Assembly (NCBI GenBank): GCA_965223905.1
Contig: CBDCXV010000011.1
Span: forward strand, 1,920,001-1,984,000
Length of the DNA: 64,000 nt
Source: Candidatus Latescibacterota bacterium
GTDB lineage: Bacteria > Latescibacterota > UBA2968 > UBA8231
Direction: 5' to 3'
The stretch's first letter is position 1. Every line of letters starts with the position of its first letter. The notes beneath the pieces were generated by a model, which was not told where the DNA came from, did not search any database, and saw only the letters and a list, made by a program, of their open reading frames with translations. This document shows positions 20,037 through 28,250 of the stretch, one piece after another. The position numbers and the translations under genes are program-made.

Positions 20037-22214
20037 TCAGTACGCCACTTCGACCACGGTGGCGACCGTCTCGGCGCTGGCCGCGCTGTGCACCTCTACG
20101 TGAGCCAGATAGATTCCCGGCGGCACGAACTCGCCGCTGCCGCTGGTTCCATCCCATGGGATCGACCAGTGACCGCCTTCCTGCTCGCCGGAGAAGAGGC
20201 GGCGAACCAGGTGGCCGGACAGATTGAACACCTTCACCTCAACGGGCACGGGACCGATCACGCGCGACAGGTCGTAGGAGATGCGGGTCCGGTCGTTGAT
20301 CCCGTCGCCGTTGGGGCTGAAGGGCCGCGGTACGGCCCGGGTATTGATCAGGACGTCGCCGCCCGCAAGGGGCACGTCCACCGACAGCATCCGCGGATCC
20401 GCCGTTGCCACCGGGGGAAAAGTGGCGTCCCCGGGGCCGAGATGGGCCGCGTTTCCGGCGAGAATCTTCTGACCGATGGACCCGGTCCCGGTAGTGCCGG
20501 CCCAACCTGGAAAAGTCGTCCCGTATCTGAGGACGCGGCAGCGAAAGCGGATCTGCAGGACGGCGGTCTCGTCGGCCTCCAGGTCGCTGACCGTTATGGG
20601 CGGGAAGCGTACCCGGAACCGCCGGTCCTCCACCGCCTCGATGCCGAAGTCGGCGGCCGGATCGGTGGGCAACGCGGACGGGCTCAGATCCTGACCGGAG
20701 AAATCCGCCGCCTCGGTGCGGCCGTCGTGGAAGAGGACCTGGATCGATTCGATCGCTTCGACCCGGACCGGCGTGGCGATCTCGAATGTGTCGAAGCCGC
20801 TGTCCCTGCCCGGACGTATCCGGGTCGGCATGACCGCGTAGGTGAAGGTTTCCAGAACGGCCAGCTCGGCCTGACGGGGGTAGATCTCTCCGACGATCCG
20901 CTCGGCCGCCGGCGGAAACACCGTGAAGGCCAGCTGCCCGACCCCGGTCGCTGCCTCCAGGTCCCGGCTCACCAGTTCGACCCGGACCTGAAAAAAGCGC
21001 CGTGGGCCCGGAGTGGTGACGAGTGTCCCGAGTTGCTCGTCATCGATGTTCTCGGCCGTGATGCCGCTGGTGCCTTCCGGCCCATAGGGAGCCGACCACG
21101 GCGTCCAGGCGTCTGGATCGTCCCGGATCTCGCCCGGTGGGTTCAGGCCGAGATAGTCCTCCAGGCTCAGAGCTACCCGGTTCTTCTCTGCCAGCGGCAG
21201 CGCCCGGTAGGCTCGCAGCGCATCGAGCGGCTCCAGATCGTCCAGCGCAACCTCCGTTCCCTCGGCCGTGGTGGCGACCGCGCCCTGCTTCCAGGGCAAA
21301 TTCACCGAACCCCCGGGACTCGGGCGGGTAAATTCCAGAGGGGTATCGTCGTGCCCGGCACGGGTCGTAATGCGGGCCTGCGCCAGCCCTTCGTGACCCA
21401 GGGTTTCCTCGATCCACCGGATCTTGCCCCACACGCCCCAGCGGAGCCCCAGATCGAATACATTGGAGATGTATCGGGCCTCGGGCACGAACCCCGCTCC
21501 GAATACCTGAAACTCGGCGATTTCGAAGCCGACGACCGTCTGCGACTTCAGTCGCAGGAAGCGCAGGTACTGGGGGGGAATCCGCAGGTCGACCACGGGC
21601 CGATCGTTCTGCAGTTCCAGCTTGAAAGTGGTCAGCACCGGCCTGCCGGACTCGTCTCTGGAATTCTCGCTGCCGTCGTTGAATAGAAGCTCGTACGCGC
21701 GCAGATAATCGTTCTGGAACGGAAAGTCGGGAGCCTCGAAACCTGGAGCGTTCCTCGGAAAGAACTGGATCCGGTTCACCCCGAAGCGCGCGCCCAGGTC
21801 GACGTCGACCATGGCCCCGAAGGCGAGGACCTGCGGCCCCCCTGCTTCGCCCTTCTGGGTGAAAGCCGTCTCGAGATCGCCGTCCACCATCAGGAGCAGT
21901 TCCTCGGCGATACCGCTCGTCAAGATGTTCGGCGAGGTCAGGGTGGCCTCGGCCGCGATATTCCTGGTGGAGTCGGCTTTCTGGGGAAAGATCCAGCCCG
22001 GTCTGCCGGGAAAGTCGAAGTCCACCACACCGCCCGGAGTGTTGGTGATCGCGGCCTCGTCGACGCTGGTCTCCACCGCGGCCGGGATCTCTCCGCCGCC
22101 GCCGTTCCAGGGTCGATCGCTGGCGCCGCCCAGCACCCGGCTTTCGGCAGCCAGATTCTGGGCCACCAGGCAGAATGTCGCGAGCATGGCCAGGCTGAGG
22201 CTGATCCGCTGCAT
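20037..22214 (-). CDS. Secreted protein with discoidin-like domain and C-terminal FlgD-Ig/CHU_C-like domain
   Basis: Signal peptide; DGD..T, VDLG....VNRI and EIAEFQVFG motifs; C-terminal FSPNGDGIND...LSG.LVR...WDG...VPPG.Y...VAY. Confidence 0.8.
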   Translation of the reverse strand: MQRISLSLAMLATFCLVAQNLAAESRVLGGASDRPWNGGGGEIPAAVETSVDEAAITNTPGGVVDFDFPGRPGWIFPQKADSTRNIAAEATLTSPNILTSGIAEELLLMVDGDLETAFTQKGEAGGPQVLAFGAMVDVDLGARFGVNRIQFFPRNAPGFEAPDFPFQNDYLRAYELLFNDGSENSRDESGRPVLTTFKLELQNDRPVVDLRIPPQYLRFLRLKSQTVVGFEIAEFQVFGAGFVPEARYISNVFDLGLRWGVWGKIRWIEETLGHEGLAQARITTRAGHDDTPLEFTRPSPGGSVNLPWKQGAVATTAEGTEVALDDLEPLDALRAYRALPLAEKNRVALSLEDYLGLNPPGEIRDDPDAWTPWSAPYGPEGTSGITAENIDDEQLGTLVTTPGPRRFFQVRVELVSRDLEAATGVGQLAFTVFPPAAERIVGEIYPRQAELAVLETFTYAVMPTRIRPGRDSGFDTFEIATPVRVEAIESIQVLFHDGRTEAADFSGQDLSPSALPTDPAADFGIEAVEDRRFRVRFPPITVSDLEADETAVLQIRFRCRVLRYGTTFPGWAGTTGTGSIGQKILAGNAAHLGPGDATFPPVATADPRMLSVDVPLAGGDVLINTRAVPRPFSPNGDGINDRTRISYDLSRVIGPVPVEVKVFNLSGHLVRRLFSGEQEGGHWSIPWDGTSGSGEFVPPGIYLAHVEVHSAASAETVATVVEVAY

Positions 22215-22229
22215 TCTGGCTCGATAGCC

Positions 22230-24755
22230 TCAATACGCTACGTGGACCACGCGGTGCGCCTTGCGGCCCGACACGTCCGCGTCCGCATCCACCTCGATCT
22301 CCAGCAGGTAGGTCCCGGGAGGCACCAGCCGGCCGCTCTGGTCGTTGCCGGACCAGCGGACCGTGTAGGATCCGCTCACGAGGGGACGCCGCTCCTCCCA
22401 CTCCCGCACCAGGCCGCCGCCCAGATCGTAGAGGCGGGTCTTCACCGCGCGCTGCCCGCCGAGTCGGAGCACCGAGAACTCGAACCGCGTTTCGTCGTTG
22501 ATGCCATCCCTGTTCGGGGTCAGGACCGGAGCACTGATCGTCAACGGGCCCATCACCCGCCCGTCTTCCAACGGCCCTCGCAACAGCATCCCCTGACTCG
22601 AGGCCAGGGCAGTCGCGTCGCCGGGATCCACCCGTTGCCATCGATTGGCCTCGGACGAATTTCCCAGTTCCGCCTGCAGGACAGCTCCGGGGCGGAACAA
22701 GGTCGTCGTGAACCGCACTTCGATCAGGTCGACCTCGGAGCCCACCACCGAATCCAGGCGCACCCACAGCGAGTCCGATCCGGCCGGGACCAGCTCCAGA
22801 TCGGATGGTCCCAGTTCGGCCACCGGGCCGGCCTCCCACTGCGACTCCCGGCCCATGCGGAGGAGCTTGAAACCCAGGTCCACCCCGGGGGCGTATAGGC
22901 GAATCTGGTCCATTCCCGGGCCGCTCCGCAGGAACTGGGCCTTGACGAACAGGGACAGGGTGTCGATGGCACCCAACTCGGATACCGTGGCCGGCTCGAG
23001 CTCGGCCCGGACCTGCCGGGCCAGGGGATCGAGGAAGTTCAGTCGAATCGACTGCAGGGAGGCCGCCTGGTGCGGATCATCAGTCGTCAGCCAGGCCTGG
23101 AGCATGAGGTACTCCCGTGGGCTCGGCGACGTGATGGGGGCCCCGGAGACTTCGTATTCTTCACTCCAGTAGCTCCAGTCACCCCCAGCCACCTGCTCGG
23201 TCACGATCTCGATTTCCTTCTTTGCGAATTTGTTCAGCTTGTTGTACTGCTCCTCCGTTATCTCGCTGCCGTCCTGCTCGAAGTAGCGGAGGACATCGGC
23301 GAGCTGGTTGCCGGTCCGACTGCGCAGCGCAATGGAGGTCCCGGGGGGCGTGTCCGCTTCCCACTCGATCGAGTCCAACGTCCGGGCGCCGCCCAGCGTG
23401 ATCAGGGGGGACGTGAGTGAAACGCGAGGCTGGTATCCCTCACCGTAGAATTGCATCTCCCGCGTGTCCGCCTGGCCTGCCGCCATGCCGCCGGAATAGG
23501 GAACGCTGATGTAGCGGGCGACCGTGGGTTCGAACACCTTGGCGTGGTAATCCATGCCGTCCCGACCCCCGAGTGCCTGGCTGGTCCAGGCCAGTGTTCC
23601 CTCGGGTGTCAGGCTCCCGTCCGAGGTCCTGATTTCGTACTCGGTGATGGGTCCCTGAAAGCCCTTGTTCTGGAAGAACATCTGCACTCGATCCACCCAG
23701 AAAAAGGCGCCCAGGTCGAAGAAGAAGAAGCGCAGGGCGGGCGTGCGCACAGTGGTCACGACCGTCGTTTCATACAGGCCGTCCACCAGGCCGGTGACTG
23801 CGGTGGTATCAGTCTCGATCTTCTGCGCCACCCCCCGGCGGGCCGTCAACCCCAAGGCGATGTTCTCGCCTATCGTCCGCACTTCCATCTCGGCCAGACG
23901 AGGACGCTCGCGGCGGAAGTACCGGACCTCCCCGCGCAATCGGGCGTCGATCGCCTCGTAGACCTCCTGCTCGACCCGGATGCTCCCATCGGCCACCTTC
24001 TTGTAGTAGTCCACCGTCCCCCGGCGGGCCGGCTCCAGGGCGTCGTAGACTTCGCGGGATACTTCGGCGCCTCGCACCGAGTCGCTTTCCGTCACCACGA
24101 GCTGGACGTACCGGATCTCGTCCCCCCGCCACTCGGGATCGCGGGCGTCTCCCGAAGGTTTCAGCTCGATATCGAAGACACGTCGGCTCTTGTTCGCGTC
24201 CGGGGTCGCGTAGGCGACGACGAAGCTCTTGACGTCCCGCAGGCCTTGCTCGGGACGCTCGCCGTCCGAGGTCAGAAGGGTATACTGGAGAAAGGGATCT
24301 CCGAGATCCTCGTCCACGAAGGTCAGGAGGATGCGGGTCGCGGACACGACCCGCCCCAGATCCAACTCGAACCACCAGTCGCGCAGTGGTTGGTCCGGGT
24401 CGGGCTGCCAGTACGAGGTCAGGTCCCCGTCAAAGAGGTTGGCTACCCCGGCCGCGTTGGTGCCGGCACTCACCGCGTGCATGAAGTCGACGTCTTCGGC
24501 ATCGACTCCTCCGGGCGGGTTCCGTCTCAGGTGCTCGACGACGTCCCGGGTCGCGTCGGAATCCTTGGCCACAAAGTTCGGTCTGGCCGTGTGCGCCGGG
24601 GCGGCGAACTCCACCGTGCCGGCCGCAAAGTCCCAGGTTTTCAGGTGGCGGCCCAGTACCACGATCTGGTTGCCGCTGATGGCGTACCCCTGGCCCCAGA
24701 CCGCACTGCCACACAAGACCCAGAGCGCCAGCGCCGACCTGATCCTGCGGTTCAT
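22230..24755 (-). CDS. Secreted protein with two discoidin-like domains and FlgD-Ig/CHU_C-like CTD
   Basis: Signal peptide; LFDGDLTSYW..ELDLG and FDLG..WVDRV modules; LTPNRDGIND...VPPGTY...VAY. Confidence 0.8.
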   Translation of the reverse strand: MNRRIRSALALWVLCGSAVWGQGYAISGNQIVVLGRHLKTWDFAAGTVEFAAPAHTARPNFVAKDSDATRDVVEHLRRNPPGGVDAEDVDFMHAVSAGTNAAGVANLFDGDLTSYWQPDPDQPLRDWWFELDLGRVVSATRILLTFVDEDLGDPFLQYTLLTSDGERPEQGLRDVKSFVVAYATPDANKSRRVFDIELKPSGDARDPEWRGDEIRYVQLVVTESDSVRGAEVSREVYDALEPARRGTVDYYKKVADGSIRVEQEVYEAIDARLRGEVRYFRRERPRLAEMEVRTIGENIALGLTARRGVAQKIETDTTAVTGLVDGLYETTVVTTVRTPALRFFFFDLGAFFWVDRVQMFFQNKGFQGPITEYEIRTSDGSLTPEGTLAWTSQALGGRDGMDYHAKVFEPTVARYISVPYSGGMAAGQADTREMQFYGEGYQPRVSLTSPLITLGGARTLDSIEWEADTPPGTSIALRSRTGNQLADVLRYFEQDGSEITEEQYNKLNKFAKKEIEIVTEQVAGGDWSYWSEEYEVSGAPITSPSPREYLMLQAWLTTDDPHQAASLQSIRLNFLDPLARQVRAELEPATVSELGAIDTLSLFVKAQFLRSGPGMDQIRLYAPGVDLGFKLLRMGRESQWEAGPVAELGPSDLELVPAGSDSLWVRLDSVVGSEVDLIEVRFTTTLFRPGAVLQAELGNSSEANRWQRVDPGDATALASSQGMLLRGPLEDGRVMGPLTISAPVLTPNRDGINDETRFEFSVLRLGGQRAVKTRLYDLGGGLVREWEERRPLVSGSYTVRWSGNDQSGRLVPPGTYLLEIEVDADADVSGRKAHRVVHVAY

Positions 24756-24765
24756 GCTGCGCGCC

Positions 24766-26733
24766 TCAGTACGCCACCGCGATCAGGCGGGTGCCGCTGT
24801 CGCGGCCCCCTTCGCGATCGACCGCGACCCGGCACACGTAGAGCCCCGGCGGCACCAGCCGGCCGCCGCTGTCCCGCCCGTCCCAGGGCTGGATGTACTG
24901 ACCCGAGCGGTCCAGGCCCACGTATACCTCCCGCACCAGCCGGCCCGACAGATCCCACACCCCCACCTCCACCCGCCGGTCCTCGGTCAGCTTCAGCAGG
25001 TCGTACTGGATAGCCACCGCGTCGTTGATTCCGTCCCCGTTGGGCGTAAACGCAGCCGGCTCGACCTGCAGCCCCCCTACAATCGACGCTTCCAGCGACA
25101 GCGTCTCCACCGACAGACGGTTGCCGTCCAGCGAATTGGTCGCATCGCCGCCCCGCACCGGTTGCCAGACCTCCGCCGGCGCCTGGCTGTCGAAAATGCG
25201 ACCCTGGAAGGTCGCCGCATACCGATACACCTCGCCCCGCAGCCGAACCTGCAGCAACTCACCGCTCTGGTTCACCTCCAGCCGCGGAAAGCTCACCACC
25301 ACCCGGTCCTCGGTGCGCAGGCTGTCCGCCTCGGTGAAGACCACCGCCGCTCCCGCCACCTCGACCCCGACCACCTCCGCCACCCGGCCCCCCTGAAAGC
25401 GCAACTCCAGGCTGTCGAAACCCCGATCCCGCAGCGACAAGGTGGGCCGCACCGCGTAGGTGAACTCGGTAAGCTCAGAAGCCTCGGCCTGCCACGGATC
25501 CACCTCCCCCACCAGATCCGTCGCCGCCGGCGGCGACGATACCGCGAATTCCAGGTAATTCACCTGCCCCCCGTCCAGAAAATCACTGGCGAAGTCAATC
25601 GAAAACTGCACGTAGTGGCGCGGCCGCGGCGCCACCATCGGCACCCCCAGACTGTCGCCGAACGAATACGGCGCCGACCACAGGTCCCAGTTTGCCGCGT
25701 CGTGCGTGATGCGGCCTTTCTCTTTTTGCTTCAGCTTGTCATACTGCGCCCGGGTCAGGGGCGATCCGTCCGGCCCATAGGGCACCTCTTCGTCGGCCCG
25801 GAAGGTCCGCCGCCAGTACCGGGACGGATCCGGATCGTCGCCGCCACGGCTGCGGATCGATACCCGGGCCGACTCGTCTTGCCGGCCCGACCAGCGCACC
25901 CAGCCCAGACTGGAGGGGGCGCCCAGCGGAATGGTGTTCGAGGTATAGCCGGCGAACGGTACATATCCCTCGGCGAACACCTCCATCTCCGCAATCTCCC
26001 ACGCCTCCCGCTGAAACGGGTCCACCCACAGCGCCAGCTGTCGCACCGGCGTCCGGTCCAGGGGGATCTCCACCACCGGGCTCTTGTTCTGCGTTATCTC
26101 CGCCACCAGATCGAAGTCGAACGGCGTTTCGCGGACGAGCTTTCTGTGGAATTCCAGGTGAGACCGGTTCGGCGTTCCCCCGTGAGGTTCGCCACTGCCG
26201 GTGGCGATGGCGATGTGCTCGATGTAGTGCGGCGAGCCGGGACGCGGCGACACCCGCACCCGGTTCACCGGGAACAGGCCGCCCAGATCGAAGTACAGGG
26301 TGAAGCCGGTGGTACCGGCAGTAGGACTGTAATCCGACACCGACGCAATGTGCTCCAGGACGAAGGTGGTGAAGTCCCCATCCGCGACCACGTCCAGGGC
26401 CGGATCGTGGCCATAGCCCGTGTAACGCTCGGTCCTCAGGAAGCCGCCCCGCTCCCCCGCCGTGCCCAGGATGTTCTCGTCGTTGCCGTGGTAGAAAGGA
26501 GCCAGCGCTCCATCCAGGTTCACGTTGTCGAAGTCGCCGGCCCGGGCGGGATCCACGTCGGTCCAGCTCAACTGCTCGAACTCGGCGCTGCCGTCCGCTA
26601 CCTCGGGCGGCAGGGGGAGGCTCGCGTAGTCCTCGCCGCCCAGCCGATAGATCGTCAGCGCGTCTGCGGGGCGCAACATCCCCGCGCTCGCCGCCAGGCA
26701 CAAGAGCAGGCCTGCCAATCGCGCTCTTGTCAA
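24766..26733 (-). CDS. Secreted protein with discoidin-like domain and FlgD-Ig/CHU_C-like CTD
   Basis: TTG start with GAGGG RBS; signal peptide; FDLGG...VNRV and EIAEMEVF motifs; FTPNGDGIND...WDG...VPPGLY...VAY. Confidence 0.8.
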   Translation of the reverse strand: MTRARLAGLLLCLAASAGMLRPADALTIYRLGGEDYASLPLPPEVADGSAEFEQLSWTDVDPARAGDFDNVNLDGALAPFYHGNDENILGTAGERGGFLRTERYTGYGHDPALDVVADGDFTTFVLEHIASVSDYSPTAGTTGFTLYFDLGGLFPVNRVRVSPRPGSPHYIEHIAIATGSGEPHGGTPNRSHLEFHRKLVRETPFDFDLVAEITQNKSPVVEIPLDRTPVRQLALWVDPFQREAWEIAEMEVFAEGYVPFAGYTSNTIPLGAPSSLGWVRWSGRQDESARVSIRSRGGDDPDPSRYWRRTFRADEEVPYGPDGSPLTRAQYDKLKQKEKGRITHDAANWDLWSAPYSFGDSLGVPMVAPRPRHYVQFSIDFASDFLDGGQVNYLEFAVSSPPAATDLVGEVDPWQAEASELTEFTYAVRPTLSLRDRGFDSLELRFQGGRVAEVVGVEVAGAAVVFTEADSLRTEDRVVVSFPRLEVNQSGELLQVRLRGEVYRYAATFQGRIFDSQAPAEVWQPVRGGDATNSLDGNRLSVETLSLEASIVGGLQVEPAAFTPNGDGINDAVAIQYDLLKLTEDRRVEVGVWDLSGRLVREVYVGLDRSGQYIQPWDGRDSGGRLVPPGLYVCRVAVDREGGRDSGTRLIAVAY

Positions 26734-26791
26734 GTTGTCACCCTCTTGTCGTGTGTGGGCCCAACCCGCTCTGCACCGTGGGGCTTATTCT

Positions 26792-26833
26792 CAGGGAAGG
26801 GGGGGCTGTGAGACCACATCCCCCCCTTCCCTG
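26792..26833 (-). terminator. Strong intergenic stem-loop (terminator or mRNA-stabilising hairpin)
   Basis: CAGGGAAGGGGGGG-C-TGTG / AGAC loop / CACA-T-CCCCCCCTTCCCTG, 3' of the first gene of the locus. No U-tract. Confidence 0.6.
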
Positions 26834-26899
26834 TGTCTTATGGAGCTTGAGGCGCTAGCGCCGAACCTGCTCGCCGCCAGCTACTGCGTGAGAACGTCC

Positions 26900-27826
26900 T
26901 TACTGCGTGAACGCGGCCTTGACGCGGCCCCAGCTCTCGGCTTCGACCGCCGTAGAACCGTCCTCCGGCGGAGCCAGCAGGAAGTCGGTGGCTACCGACG
27001 AGGTCTGCCATATGGTTGCCTGGCCATTCAGGAGCCAATCTTCGCTCGTGTTATCATCCAGGTTGTCATAGTCGGAGATCTGCCAGTTCATACCGATGAT
27101 CTCACCTTCTACCATGTCGTGCATCGCACTGGCGTCCGGGTCATCCCACTGCAGGTTGTCCCACACCGTGAACATCCACTCTGCCTGGGCGTTGACGTCG
27201 GGGGCGTTGGGCTCGACGGCATCCGACGTATACCCACTGGTGGCCCACGGCAGGTTGCCGGTCCAGGTAGCCTGACTCTGCCAGTACCAGGCCCACGCCG
27301 TCGCCTCCTCGTTCACGTTCTGCGACGTCGGATCCAAATCCGGGATGCGGAAGTGGATATTCTGGGCCCAGCGCGAGCCGTTCTCCGGCTCTGCTGCCGG
27401 GTCGAACCAGGAGTCTTCGCCGCCGTGGTCCCCGTCAACCTGTATCTCGAAGGTGTCGGGCAGGTTGGGTTCGTCACCAAATGTGCCCTCCACCGGTGGG
27501 AGATTAGCGAAGTCCCGCTTGCGGAAGTCGTCGAAATACTCGTGGTGTATATACAGACGGTCGGTGCTTGCGCTGTAACCGACGATGACCTTGCTGTTCA
27601 GATCGGACAGGTCTGTCCACTGCGATCCGTCCGGGGCCGTGTAATACTCCGGCCCGATCCAGTAGTCCGGGGGAACTGCGGCCCACTCGGACAGATCCCC
27701 GTCCAGGGTCGGCTCGGCGCCCGCCGGGAACTGGTAGGCGAGCAGAACCTGGCCCTCCGGAACGTGACCCCAGGCGGAAAAGGCGAGGCCCGCGGTCAGG
27801 CAGAGGGCGAGAAAGGCTTTCTTCAT
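26900..27826 (-). CDS. Secreted CBM9-like (sugar-binding fold) protein with C-terminal TAVEAESWGRVK tail
   Basis: MKK signal peptide; GGAGG RBS; PTLDGDLSEW, D..EI.VDGD and IIG.N....DYD motifs; acidic and Trp-rich. Confidence 0.75.
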   Translation of the reverse strand: MKKAFLALCLTAGLAFSAWGHVPEGQVLLAYQFPAGAEPTLDGDLSEWAAVPPDYWIGPEYYTAPDGSQWTDLSDLNSKVIVGYSASTDRLYIHHEYFDDFRKRDFANLPPVEGTFGDEPNLPDTFEIQVDGDHGGEDSWFDPAAEPENGSRWAQNIHFRIPDLDPTSQNVNEEATAWAWYWQSQATWTGNLPWATSGYTSDAVEPNAPDVNAQAEWMFTVWDNLQWDDPDASAMHDMVEGEIIGMNWQISDYDNLDDNTSEDWLLNGQATIWQTSSVATDFLLAPPEDGSTAVEAESWGRVKAAFTQ

Positions 27827-28017
27827 TTGTGCTTAACCTCCATGATGCTGATTCCCAGATCCCAGGCTCTCGGGGACCGAAGGAATCGGGTTGAGATGCG
27901 GTAACATCGTGAGTTGGTGCGTACCGACTTGATGTGTGCGTGTGTGTTGCCCGCCTCACCTCCTTCCGCGCGATTGACACACGACTCAGGCAAGCTCAAA
28001 GGCTTTGTGGTTGCGAA

Positions 28018-28185
28018 CTAGTGTCCTGTCCCATCAATATCTTGCAATTCTTCCGCCGATCCATCCCGGCTCGCGGCGTTGCCTTCGCTCGCCGTACACC
28101 CTCGGTACGACTCGCTCAGGCGCCTTGCGAGCCGGGTGCCTCGGCGGCCGAATTTTGGCAATCTATTTCCGGGACAGGACACTAG
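28018..28185. mobile_element. MITE / palindromic repeat element (168 bp)
   Basis: Perfect 15-bp terminal inverted repeat CTAGTGTCCTGTCCC...GGGACAGGACACTAG with CTAG ends, plus internal inverted repeats CCGCCGA/TCGGCGG, CCCGGCTCGC/GCGAGCCGGG and CGTAC/GTACG. Confidence 0.8.
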
Positions 28186-28250
28186 ACTGCGGTTCAATGT
28201 ATTACGCGGCCCTTGGGGGAATCAAGAATTATCGAAACCGACCACACTCG

